Source: an uncultured Rhodopirellula sp. (GTDB lineage: Bacteria > Planctomycetota > Planctomycetia > Pirellulales > Pirellulaceae). Taken from it: a stretch of 62,050 nucleotides of DNA. Below the pieces are notes generated by a model. That model ran no database searches and was not told the DNA's origin. It saw nothing but the letters and a program-made list of their open reading frames with translations. The stretch's first letter is position 1. Every line of letters starts with the position of its first letter. Both the position numbers and the translations under genes were made by a program. The stretch is taken from contig CAXGAI010000025.1 of assembly GCA_964007735.1 (NCBI GenBank), positions 1 to 62,050 on the forward strand, in the 5' to 3' direction. Of this stretch, positions 45,071 through 54,776 are shown in pieces.

Positions 45071-47194
45071 GTGAATAGTATGGATAGTCAACATACCTTT
45101 ATTGCGACAACGGCGTTTGGTTTGGAAGCTGTTGTCAAACGAGAGCTGCAGGCTTTAGGGTATGAGGCTCGCGGCACATCCCCCGGGTGGGTCGAGTTCG
45201 ACGGAGACTTATCGGCAATTTGTCGAACCAACACCTGGCTGCGAACCGCTGACCGTATTCTCGTGAAGGTAGCCAGTTTTCAAGCTGCTGACTTCGAGGC
45301 ATTGTTTGAGACCACTAAATCGATCGATTGGACACGGTGGCTTCCCGCTAACGCCCGTTTTCCCGTCGAAGGGCGATCAGTACGCTCGCAGTTAACCAGT
45401 GTGCCTGCCAATCAGCGAGCGGTTAAGAAGGCGATCGTGGAAGCGATGCAAGCTCAACATGGAGTCTTGACACTTCCTGAAGATGGTCCACTTTACAAAT
45501 GCCAAATCGCACTTCTCAATGATGAAGCGACCCTGACTATTGACACGACAGGGCCAAGTTTGCACAAACGAGGTTACCGTGAGTTCGCTGGCGGGGCTCC
45601 GATAAAAGAAACGCTCGCTTCGGCAATGGTTCAGCTGAGCTACTGGGAGCAAGAAAAGCCATTCATTGATCCCTTTTGCGGCAGCGGTACAATTGCCATT
45701 GAAGCAGCGATGCAGGGCTGCAATATGGCACCCGGCTTGCATCGCCAGTTCGCTGCGAGTGAATGGGTTAATTTGGACTCGAAGCTATGGGAGGAAGCCG
45801 CCGCAGAAGCGCGCGATCTTCGACAACCAGGCTTCGAAGAAAAACTGATCGCGACAGACAATGATTTTCGCATACTCAAGACGGCGCGTGAGAATGCAGA
45901 AAAGGCCGGTGTCAGCGATCTTATTCACTTTCAGGAAAAAGATTTTTCGGATTTACAGAGTAGTCGGAAGTACGGATGCCTGATAACCAACCCTCCGTAT
46001 GGTGAACGGCTGAGCGATTGGCATGGATTAAAGCCTCTCTATGAATCCATGCCCTTGGTGCTGAAACGCCTCCCCACCTGGTCGCATTTCGTGATTACCA
46101 GTTACGACGGTTTCCAAAAAGTTCTTCAAAAGAATGCGAGTCGTCGCCGTAAGCTTTACAACGGAAGAATCGAATGCGTTTACTATCAATTTCATGGCCC
46201 AAAGCCAAAGTCCGATGAGACGCAGCCTGTCTTTGGAGGTGTGTCTGAAAAAGCGGAAGAGCAAGCCGGGCTGTTTAAACGTCGGCTTGGGAAGCGAGCT
46301 CGCCATTTACGTAAATGGCCAAGCAAACGCGGTATTGATTGCTATCGTTTGTATGAGCGAGACATTCCAGAGATTCCACTGGTGGTTGACAAGTATCATG
46401 ATCACTTGCATATGTCCGAGTTTGAACGTCCTCACGACCGTGACCGCGCCCAGCAGGATGATTGGTTGGAATTGATGCGTGTTAGCGCGGCAGAGGCGCT
46501 TGAAGTACCAACTAAGAATGTATTTCTGAAGCGACGCGGCATGCAACGCGGCTCTTCTCAGCATACGCGGATGTCACAGGATCGGTATGAGACTGAAGTT
46601 CAGGAGAATGGCCTGAAGTTCATTGTCAACCTTTCAGACTACGTTGATACAGGACTCTTTCTTGACCATCGCGAAACGCGCATGATGGTTTGTAATGAGG
46701 CATTGGGAAAAGATGTTCTCAATTTATTTGCCTATACGGGGGCCTTTTCCGTTTATGCGGCAGATGGTGGAGCCCAAAGTACGACCACGGTTGACTTGTC
46801 TAACAACTATCTTGACTGGGCTGAACGAAATATGCACCTCAATGGTTTTACCGGAGATGAACATAGCTATGTGCAGTCTGACATCCGTGAATACCTGCGT
46901 TCCCTACCTCAGCAAGAGTTGTTTGATCTGGCGGTCATTGACCCACCCACATTTTCCAATAGCAAATCCACGGACGAAGATTGGATACTGCAGGAACATT
47001 ATCCGGAACTCATCAATTCGGTAATTAATAGGCTCCGCCCGGGCGGGGTGATTTACTTCTCCAATAATTATCGTCGATTCAAATTTAATGAATCGTTTAT
47101 TCGCGGTGACTGTCATGAGATTACGAAACAAACCATCCCCGAAGACTTCCGTAATAAGCGAATCCACCGTTGCTGGCGGATTGAAAAACGCTGA
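45071..47194 (+). CDS. rlmKL: Bifunctional 23S rRNA m7G2069/m2G2445 methyltransferase RlmKL
   Basis: THUMP-like N-terminus, LHKRGYR, APIKETLA, DPFCGSGT, NPPYGERL; second domain CYRLY..DIPE, VNLSDYVDTGLFLDHR, LNLFAYTG, DPPTFSNSK, DFRNKRIHRCW. Confidence 0.93.
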   Translation: MNSMDSQHTFIATTAFGLEAVVKRELQALGYEARGTSPGWVEFDGDLSAICRTNTWLRTADRILVKVASFQAADFEALFETTKSIDWTRWLPANARFPVEGRSVRSQLTSVPANQRAVKKAIVEAMQAQHGVLTLPEDGPLYKCQIALLNDEATLTIDTTGPSLHKRGYREFAGGAPIKETLASAMVQLSYWEQEKPFIDPFCGSGTIAIEAAMQGCNMAPGLHRQFAASEWVNLDSKLWEEAAAEARDLRQPGFEEKLIATDNDFRILKTARENAEKAGVSDLIHFQEKDFSDLQSSRKYGCLITNPPYGERLSDWHGLKPLYESMPLVLKRLPTWSHFVITSYDGFQKVLQKNASRRRKLYNGRIECVYYQFHGPKPKSDETQPVFGGVSEKAEEQAGLFKRRLGKRARHLRKWPSKRGIDCYRLYERDIPEIPLVVDKYHDHLHMSEFERPHDRDRAQQDDWLELMRVSAAEALEVPTKNVFLKRRGMQRGSSQHTRMSQDRYETEVQENGLKFIVNLSDYVDTGLFLDHRETRMMVCNEALGKDVLNLFAYTGAFSVYAADGGAQSTTTVDLSNNYLDWAERNMHLNGFTGDEHSYVQSDIREYLRSLPQQELFDLAVIDPPTFSNSKSTDEDWILQEHYPELINSVINRLRPGGVIYFSNNYRRFKFNESFIRGDCHEITKQTIPEDFRNKRIHRCWRIEKR

Positions 47195-47317
47195 TTCGTC
47201 ACAGTTTATTCGGGATTTAAGTTCAATCTGGCACCCCGCTCGCGTGCTTTTCGATCACAATAAAGACTCTGCCCTCAAGGGTTTTTAATGTACGTTCGAA
47301 CCAGAAGGTGAGTAGTA

Positions 47318-48586
47318 GTGTTTCGTACTCAACGATGTCTCCTTTTATCATTATTGCTATCGGCTTTGTTCCTGCCTGATATACCGTCAGTGAACGCACA
47401 ACGGACTCAAAACGTTGCTGTCACGCAAGTGCAGGAATTGGAATTTGCCGGTAGCCAAAATTCGGTTGGGATTATCAATGCTAGTAAGACGGCACGCGTC
47501 GGTGCCGCAGTCGATGGTCGCGTTGCCGATCTGTTGGTAGAGGAAGGTGATGCCGTTACGACCGGTCAGCCCCTTGTGAATCTGCAGACTGCGATCCTTC
47601 AGTTTCAGTTGGAGGGAGCGAAAGCGGAGTTGGCACTTCGACAGGCAGAACTTGACGAGTTAAACGCCGGGACAACGAAAGAAGAACTCGATGCCTCTAT
47701 GGCGAATCTCCGTGCATCGGAGGCGGCTAAAAAATTCTCGGATTGGAACTTCAGTCGGGTCGAAAAGTTGTTTCAGGGCGGACAGGTCGTTTCAGAGACG
47801 GAATTTCAACAGGCGCAGGCAAACCAAAAGCGTGATGAGCAACTTTACCAGGCCGCCCTGTCCAGCCACCGACTTAATGTGCGAGGCCCTCGGAAAGAAC
47901 TGATTGTCCAGGCTACTGCGAGGCTTAATGGTCAAGTCGCCGTAATTAAATCACTGGAAGAACAATTAAAACGCCATACGATTATTTCCCCGTTTAACGG
48001 GTTTGTCACGATTAAACACTCAGAACAGGGGCAGTGGGTGACTAAAGGGGAGGTGGTAGTCCAAATTATAAAGCTGGATGAAGTTGATGTTGTTGTCAAT
48101 GTGACTGCCGATCACGTTAGCAAGCTGGCCTTGGGAGATCAGGTGCGTATTGACGTACCTAATGTGACACAACAACTGGTTTTTGGTGATGTGTTTGCCA
48201 TTGTCCCGGAGGCAGATCCTCAGTCGCGTACCTTCCCGGTGAAGATAAGAGTTAAAAATGAGGTCGGGAAAGCAGGTCCGGTCTTAAAGGCAGGTATGTT
48301 GGCAAGAGTTGAGCTGCCGGTTGGAAAACCCAAGAAAATGCTTATGGCTCCTAAAGACGCGATTGTCCTTAACGGAAATAGGCGGACTATGTTTGTTGTC
48401 GATGAGACAACCATGCAGGTTTCCGAAGTGGCTGTCGAATTAGGAGTTTCCAATGGAGATCTGATTGAAGTGACCGGAGGTGTTGAGGCCGGTCAGTCTG
48501 TCGTTATTCGAGGCAACGAACGTCTGAAGGCTGGGCAAAAGGTTCAAATAACGTCGCCACAGACGGGTTCATCCAAGGAAGAATAA
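47318..48586 (+). CDS. RND efflux periplasmic adaptor (membrane fusion protein)
   Basis: Lipoyl-like GRV..LLVEEGD.V..GQ and ISPF.G.V halves around a long alpha-helical hairpin; SRTF.V; L..GM; G.SVV.RG..RL..G..V. Confidence 0.9.
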   Translation: MFRTQRCLLLSLLLSALFLPDIPSVNAQRTQNVAVTQVQELEFAGSQNSVGIINASKTARVGAAVDGRVADLLVEEGDAVTTGQPLVNLQTAILQFQLEGAKAELALRQAELDELNAGTTKEELDASMANLRASEAAKKFSDWNFSRVEKLFQGGQVVSETEFQQAQANQKRDEQLYQAALSSHRLNVRGPRKELIVQATARLNGQVAVIKSLEEQLKRHTIISPFNGFVTIKHSEQGQWVTKGEVVVQIIKLDEVDVVVNVTADHVSKLALGDQVRIDVPNVTQQLVFGDVFAIVPEADPQSRTFPVKIRVKNEVGKAGPVLKAGMLARVELPVGKPKKMLMAPKDAIVLNGNRRTMFVVDETTMQVSEVAVELGVSNGDLIEVTGGVEAGQSVVIRGNERLKAGQKVQITSPQTGSSKEE

Positions 48587-48596
48587 AGGCGACCGG

Positions 48597-51500
48597 TTGA
48601 ATCTTATCAAAGCATTTGTCGATAACCCTGTCAAAGTGACTGTTGGTGCGCTGCTTGTTGCCATCTTTGGCGGTATTGCGATGTTCAGCATGCCTAAACA
48701 ACTTACGCCCGAAGTCGAAACTCCGATGGTGATGGTCTCCACTCGCTGGCCAGGCGCTAGTCCTCAGGAGATTGAGCGAGAGATCATTCTGGAGCAGGAA
48801 GAACAGCTCAAAAGCGTCGCGGGCATGATTAAAATGTCATCGACTTGTAGGAATTCCAGTGCAGAGATTGAACTGGAATTTGCCGTCGGTACAAATTTGC
48901 AGGAAGCGGTCGTTCAGGTTAGCTCTCGCCTGCAACAGGTGCGTCAGTATCCAGTAGACGCGCAAGAGCCGGTGATTGAGACTCGCAGCACATCGGATTC
49001 CTCTATCGCCAGACTCGTTCTTTCGGCTCGCCCTCCTACCGTGGAAGCGATTCAGAAATTCGCAGTGGACCACCCTGTTCTGCAAGAAGAGCTGGCGTAC
49101 GTCGCAAGTGCCATGAATTCGGCACTGCGTGTCTATCGTTTACGCGAGGTTTATAAACAGCACGGTAAAGATGTTCCAGGCCTGAAGGAAATACTTCCCC
49201 CGGATATCGACTTAATGAAGCTGCGTCGTTTTACCGAAGATGTTGTCGAAGCCCGGCTGGAACGAGTACCGGGGGTGTCCGATGTCTACACCTATGGTGG
49301 CTTGGAAGAAGAGCTCGAAATTGTTCTCGACCCCGAGGCGCTTGCTGTACGTCAACTTACTGTGCTGGATGTTTTGGCCGCCTTAAGAGGACAGAATAAA
49401 GACACTTCAGGTGGCGATATCTGGGAAGGTAAGCGCCGTTGGGTCATCCGTACACTAGGGCAGTTTCGCGATAATACCCAAGTGGAAGAACTGATTATTG
49501 CCATGCCCAATCAGGTGCCGGTCTATCTGGGCGACGTAGCCGAAGTAAGGATTGGATATAAGAAAGCAGATAGTGTTGCCCGCCGATATGGCGAAAGAAA
49601 TAACGGACTTGGGATTCAACGGCGTGTTGGAGCCAATGTCATCGAAGTCATGAAAGGTATTCGGGAAGCCGTCGCCGAACTTAATGCCGGAGTGCTTGCT
49701 CAGAAAGATCTGGAGCTTTACCAGTATTATGATGAGACCGAGTACATTAACTCAGCGATCTCATTGGTAACCGACAACATCTTTCTGGCGACTTCTTTTA
49801 CCATGATCGTGCTGATGCTGTTTCTGCATCGATCTTTTAAGACGATGTTGGCTATTCCGGTACTGGTCTTTTCGTCGTTAATGGCCGTCTATATTTCTCC
49901 CTGGTTCTTTCTGTTGACATTGGCGTTAATCGTTGCTTTTGGATTGTGGTTCGGTCGTGGAGCATTGGTCATTGGTATCGCCATCCCGGTGAGTTCGGTG
50001 GCCACGTTCCTGGCGTTAGGTATTGCCGGCCGGTCTTTCAATGTCATTAGTCTGGCAGGGATGGCATTTGCAGTAGGTATGTTAGTCGACAATGCCGTCG
50101 TCGTGTTAGAAAATATTCACCGACGAATCCAACAAGGTGAACCGTCGTTTCACGCTGCTGTCAACGGGACGAAGGAAGTGGCAGGCGCAATTATTGCTTC
50201 AACCCTTACGACGGTAGCAGTCTTTTTGCCAGTGGTGTTCGTGGAAGATACTTCCGGCCAGTTGTTTAGGGATATTGCTCTGGCAATTAGCTTTGCTGTT
50301 ATATTCTCGCTTGTTTGTGCGACCACACTGATGCCAACAGCCGCCGCACGTCTGTATCTTGACCATAAGCGGGAAGCGTCGCCAGAGTCGGATAAGTTGC
50401 GATGGCTAAGCAGGATGGGGAGTAGCGTGGTTGAGGGGATTGTTTGGTTTAATCAAATGATTCAGCGATCGGCATTCCGAGCCATTTCTTTTGTCGCTTT
50501 CGTGCTCTTGGCGGTCGTGGTTTTAACAATCGTCCTGTGGCCTAAGTTGGAATATTTGCCGGCAGGAAATAGAAATATGGTCTTTATACGAATGTCGCCG
50601 CCGCCGGGATATAACATGGATGAGTTGATGGAGATGGGGAAAGAAATCGAAGAGGATCTGGAACCTATCTGGAATGCAAATCCGCAGGAGCAGTCTCAAA
50701 TGGATTTTCCTGTCATCGCTTATTATTTCTTCAGCGCCAGAACCAGTGGTATTGCGATGGGAGTGCAGGCTTACGATCCCCTGCGGGTTGCTGAATTGAT
50801 GCCGCGTTTGAAAACCTACGGTGACAAGTTTCCAGGAACCCGGGTTGTCGCTTCTCAAGCCAGTCTTTTTGGGAGAGGGTTTAGCGGCGGCCGCACAATT
50901 GATGTTGAAATCACAGGGCGGGATTTGGAGAAACTTATTGAGATAGGCGGAGAAGTAATCGAACGTTTACAAAGCGGTAAAGACGGAGTGCCGTCGCGTT
51001 TGGCAGATGCCCAGATGTTTCCGCGACCAAGCCTGGACCTTTCCAGTCCTGAAATTCACCTGATTCCGGATAAGGTGGCTTGTGCAGAATTAGGAGTCAC
51101 TGCAGACGAGCTTGGCTACACGGTTGATGCTTTTGTTGACGGAGCTTACGCGGGTGATTTCTTTTATGGCGGAGATAAAGTCGATATAACGCTCAAGGGT
51201 GATCGTGTCGTTGATCTTCGTACGCAGGATTTAGAGGACTTGCCGATCGCCACGCGTTCCGGGAAATTAGTCCCTTTATCCGCATTGGCGGATATTGAAT
51301 ACAGCAGTGGGCCTGAGCAAATTATGCGACGCGAACGTCTGCGGGCGATCACTGTTCAGGTGACACCACCACCTGAAATCGCTTTGGAAGAAGCAATGGA
51401 TATCATCAAAGACGATGTTGTACAACCGATGATAAAAGATGGCTCGATGGGGACCGGAAATGTCATTACCCTCTCTGGTGCTGCTGACAAACTGAATCAA

Positions 51501-52073
51501 ACGTGGGAATCACTGCGATGGAATCTTCTTCTGGCTTTGATCATTACGTATCTGTTAATGGCAGCCTTGTTCGAATCTTGGCTCTACCCACTCGTAATCA
51601 TCTTCTCCGTCCCGCTTGGTGCTGTTGGGGGACTGCTGGGATTAGCGTTGTTGAATGTGTTTGTCCTGCAAACACTCGATGTCCTTACCATGCTCGGTTT
51701 TGTGATCCTGATTGGTACGGTGGTAAACAATGCGATTTTGATTGTGCATCAGGCACTTAATCATATCAAGGAAGATGAAATGGAACATCGTCAGGCAATT
51801 CCTTTAGCCGTTCGCTCTCGTATCCGACCAATCTCTATCACGACCATTACCACCGTACTCGGCTTGCTGCCCTTAGTACTGTTTCCAGGTGCTGGCAGTG
51901 AACTTTACCGTGGTCTTGGTAGTGTTGTCCTGGGCGGATTGTTAGTTTCAACCGTGCTTACTTTGGTTCTGGTACCAACGGTCTTCACCCTCTTTATGGA
52001 TGCACGTCTTTTCGTGACGAATTGGCTGTTAGGGTCGGGAGTTCCAGAGCAGATAATTCCAGTGGAGGATTGA
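48597..52073 (+). CDS. RND efflux permease (AcrB/AcrD/AcrF family) with insertions
   Basis: WPGASPQEIE, SLAGMAFAVGMLVDNAVVVLENI, GQLFRD.A, YLLMAALFES, GTVVNNAIL, RIRPI.ITT; TTG start; 1158 aa. Confidence 0.92.
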   Translation: MNLIKAFVDNPVKVTVGALLVAIFGGIAMFSMPKQLTPEVETPMVMVSTRWPGASPQEIEREIILEQEEQLKSVAGMIKMSSTCRNSSAEIELEFAVGTNLQEAVVQVSSRLQQVRQYPVDAQEPVIETRSTSDSSIARLVLSARPPTVEAIQKFAVDHPVLQEELAYVASAMNSALRVYRLREVYKQHGKDVPGLKEILPPDIDLMKLRRFTEDVVEARLERVPGVSDVYTYGGLEEELEIVLDPEALAVRQLTVLDVLAALRGQNKDTSGGDIWEGKRRWVIRTLGQFRDNTQVEELIIAMPNQVPVYLGDVAEVRIGYKKADSVARRYGERNNGLGIQRRVGANVIEVMKGIREAVAELNAGVLAQKDLELYQYYDETEYINSAISLVTDNIFLATSFTMIVLMLFLHRSFKTMLAIPVLVFSSLMAVYISPWFFLLTLALIVAFGLWFGRGALVIGIAIPVSSVATFLALGIAGRSFNVISLAGMAFAVGMLVDNAVVVLENIHRRIQQGEPSFHAAVNGTKEVAGAIIASTLTTVAVFLPVVFVEDTSGQLFRDIALAISFAVIFSLVCATTLMPTAAARLYLDHKREASPESDKLRWLSRMGSSVVEGIVWFNQMIQRSAFRAISFVAFVLLAVVVLTIVLWPKLEYLPAGNRNMVFIRMSPPPGYNMDELMEMGKEIEEDLEPIWNANPQEQSQMDFPVIAYYFFSARTSGIAMGVQAYDPLRVAELMPRLKTYGDKFPGTRVVASQASLFGRGFSGGRTIDVEITGRDLEKLIEIGGEVIERLQSGKDGVPSRLADAQMFPRPSLDLSSPEIHLIPDKVACAELGVTADELGYTVDAFVDGAYAGDFFYGGDKVDITLKGDRVVDLRTQDLEDLPIATRSGKLVPLSALADIEYSSGPEQIMRRERLRAITVQVTPPPEIALEEAMDIIKDDVVQPMIKDGSMGTGNVITLSGAADKLNQTWESLRWNLLLALIITYLLMAALFESWLYPLVIIFSVPLGAVGGLLGLALLNVFVLQTLDVLTMLGFVILIGTVVNNAILIVHQALNHIKEDEMEHRQAIPLAVRSRIRPISITTITTVLGLLPLVLFPGAGSELYRGLGSVVLGGLLVSTVLTLVLVPTVFTLFMDARLFVTNWLLGSGVPEQIIPVED

Positions 52074-52083
52074 AAAAGGACGA

Positions 52084-53562
52084 TTATTCCGATTCGGCGA
52101 AAGCGTATAACCTGGAATGCGTTCTGACATAAATCACACCATCAACAATGGCCGGTGTGGCATAGACAAAATCCTCCATGGCATTTGTCGCCAGAACTTT
52201 GCGGGAGGTTCCGAGTTCAAGCACAGTGATTTTCCCGTCCCCCGATGTGGTATATAGTTTCCCGTCGGCAATCACTGGTGAAGCGTAGTGTGTCCCGCTT
52301 CCACCGGTTCTCATACGGAATAATCGCTTGCCTTGCTTTAAGTCAACGCAGGTCAATAATCCCCCGTTTTTCACCATGTAAATGAGGCCGTCGGCATGAA
52401 TCGGTGATGGGACTTCAGGAATCCCCTGCGTTTCGATCCTGCGAATATCAGTTTCTGAAACACGCCCGGTGCTTTTGAGGGGGACGGCAATCAAACCATG
52501 TTCCACGTAGCCTTGCTGACGGTTTTTTTCCTTGTCCAGTACACGTTGCCATTCGGCCCGGGCAATCTTCCCGTCTTTGTTGGAGTCTGCATGTGCAAAC
52601 TGGAACGGATAACCATTGTTTGGTGCCTCGGTTCCTTCACTGCGATGGAAATAGAATAGCTTGGGAATCTCTTGGCGATCGATTAATTTATCACCGTCCT
52701 TGTCATTGTTAGCAAGCAGTTCGTCGAACGTTGGGAAGTCCGGATGTAAAGCCTCTTCACCGGTTTGGTTCCAGGTTGCCACGACAACCTCGTCACCGGC
52801 AATTACGGGCGTGCTGGTGGCAGTGGTTGAGCATTTTAATTCCCAATTTAGCTTTCCATTATCAACGTTGAACGATTGAATACTTCGGACCGCGTGCACA
52901 ATTAACTGATTCTCGTGAACGATAGGCACCGCAGCACAGGCCATGTTAGGCGTGAATCGTTCGGAGTTCTCAACTTTCCAGACTTCCCTGCCTGTCCGTT
53001 TGTCGATCGCCAACAGGTAGTGGTCGATGTAATTCCCCCGGTAAAGGATTACCTTGTTATCGTGGATGATCGGCGAGACGGCATTTCCTGAATAGGATTT
53101 GGTCAGAGGTAATTTGATTTCCCACTGCAACTTGCCTTTCAAATCGAGACAGACCACACCATAGGAACCGAAATACGCAATTACCCGTTCGCCGTCACTG
53201 ACAGCAGTGCTACTAGCTGGATTAAAAGATGGATGCCCGCGTTCTAAGGTAGGGACTTTAATGCTATAGCTCCACTTGGATTTTCCTGAAGAACGATCCA
53301 GTGAAAATATCTGCAGTTCATTTTTGTCTTTCTGAGCCCCAGTGAGAATGATTTGATCGTCGATGATACAGGGAGACGAATGACCGCTGGCGACAGGAAC
53401 ATTCCAGCGTTCGTTTTTCCCAGGTCCGAAATGAGTGACAACTGCTGTTGCGTCAGCGTGCCCGGCACTGTTAGCACCGCGAAATTGAGCCCAGTCGGCG
53501 GCGGTGCAAGAAAATGTGAGCCCAGGCAGGCATGCGATGACCATGAAAAGACGGGCTGGCAT
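52084..53562 (-). CDS. Secreted PQQ-like beta-propeller repeat protein with inserted EF-hand pair
   Basis: ADW.QFRG N-terminus; repeated SSP/ASP and D..TG...W blades; DKDGDKLIDRQE and DSNKDGKIARAE EF-hand loops. Confidence 0.85.
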   Translation of the reverse strand: MPARLFMVIACLPGLTFSCTAADWAQFRGANSAGHADATAVVTHFGPGKNERWNVPVASGHSSPCIIDDQIILTGAQKDKNELQIFSLDRSSGKSKWSYSIKVPTLERGHPSFNPASSTAVSDGERVIAYFGSYGVVCLDLKGKLQWEIKLPLTKSYSGNAVSPIIHDNKVILYRGNYIDHYLLAIDKRTGREVWKVENSERFTPNMACAAVPIVHENQLIVHAVRSIQSFNVDNGKLNWELKCSTTATSTPVIAGDEVVVATWNQTGEEALHPDFPTFDELLANNDKDGDKLIDRQEIPKLFYFHRSEGTEAPNNGYPFQFAHADSNKDGKIARAEWQRVLDKEKNRQQGYVEHGLIAVPLKSTGRVSETDIRRIETQGIPEVPSPIHADGLIYMVKNGGLLTCVDLKQGKRLFRMRTGGSGTHYASPVIADGKLYTTSGDGKITVLELGTSRKVLATNAMEDFVYATPAIVDGVIYVRTHSRLYAFAESE

Positions 53563-53581
53563 TACTTAAATCTCTCGGCGG

Positions 53582-54652
53582 TCAGAATGAAGAGCTGGCG
53601 TCTGATTCACTGTCAGCACCTTCGGGCTTTTCCACAGGACTGTTTAGGAGTGTGTCGCGGGGGCTGGCATGCAAGTCTGTTTCGTCGGCGATTGCTTCGC
53701 CCACAATCGATTCGAGTAAATCCTCGTCAGCAACAATTCCGGCTGTTTGACCAAATTCGTCGACAACCAGCATTAGCTTGTGGGTGTTTTCGACCATGGA
53801 GTCAAAGGCAGTTTGAGCGGGAGTCGTATCGCCCACACTTTCGAGAGTGTGGGCCAGTTCTGTTAGCCGTGTATCCTGACCGGAAATGTGGGCTTCGAGT
53901 ACTTCCGAATAGATGACGTAGGAAGTTACCGTTTCGTCCTCAGCTTCAAGTGGGATTCGTGCGAAGTCGACCGGCACATGTGTCTCTACGAACTCCGATG
54001 TTGTTAGCTTGTCGCTTACGTGAAAGACTAGATTGAATGGGGTCATGACATCACGAACGGTGGTGGTGCGAAGATCCAGGATATTCTGTACCATTTCGGC
54101 TTCATCATCGGAAATCGTTCCCGACTCACCAGCCAGACCTGCAATGGCTTTCAGTTCGACACGCGAAAAGGTGCTGTGATGGCCCGATGAGGAGATTAGC
54201 TTGGAACAGATTTGTAGCATCCAAACGAAAGGGAATAACGCCCAGATCAGCCACTGGATGAGCATCGCAGTTGGTTTTGCCAGAGCGTTACAGTAGCGGG
54301 CCCCTAGTGTCTTGGGAATCACCTCGGATAAAACGAGGACCAGTAGAGTTAAAATGGCAGAGGCCCAGCCAAGGTACTTGCCGTCAAACAGAGTGCTTAC
54401 TTCAGAGCCAACGCCGGCTGCGCCCATGGTGTGAGCGATGGTGTTTAGCGTGAGAACCGCGGAAAGTGATTTATCAAGATCGTTCTTTAGACGCTGCAGT
54501 CGTTCTCCCGCTTTACTGCCATTGTCGATCATGGACTGGATGTATCCAGGTCCTACCGAAAGAAGGACAGCTTCCAGGATCGAGCAAAGGAAAGAAAACC
54601 CGAGTGCGAGTGCAAGATATAATGTTAACGGTATAAAGTCTGTGAATGTCAT
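53582..54652 (-). CDS. CNNM/DUF21-CBS (HlyC/CorC family) membrane protein
   Basis: SFLCSILEAVLLS, LTLNTIAHT.GAAGVG, SEVIPKTLG, V.DVMTP, VVDEFG..AGIV..EDLLE.IVG..I.DE.D. ORF opens at 54667. Confidence 0.9.
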   Translation of the reverse strand: MTFTDFIPLTLYLALALGFSFLCSILEAVLLSVGPGYIQSMIDNGSKAGERLQRLKNDLDKSLSAVLTLNTIAHTMGAAGVGSEVSTLFDGKYLGWASAILTLLVLVLSEVIPKTLGARYCNALAKPTAMLIQWLIWALFPFVWMLQICSKLISSSGHHSTFSRVELKAIAGLAGESGTISDDEAEMVQNILDLRTTTVRDVMTPFNLVFHVSDKLTTSEFVETHVPVDFARIPLEAEDETVTSYVIYSEVLEAHISGQDTRLTELAHTLESVGDTTPAQTAFDSMVENTHKLMLVVDEFGQTAGIVADEDLLESIVGEAIADETDLHASPRDTLLNSPVEKPEGADSESDASSSF

Positions 54653-54776
54653 GGTTTTAGTGTACACGTTTTACATCAACTCATGCAGCGCCGCTTTGGA
54701 AGTCTGTGCTTTCCATTCCCGCACTCTGTACAATAAACAGACCCTCACCGAAACCTAAATCTATGAGTTTCTTGCT

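Noticed and set aside
45071..47194. RlmK-RlmL fusion as a novelty
   Set aside because: A known bifunctional housekeeping enzyme with intact motifs.
52084..53562. BamB or PQQ dehydrogenase
   Set aside because: Generic planctomycete propeller with no bam context and no quinoprotein catalytic motifs that I can identify.
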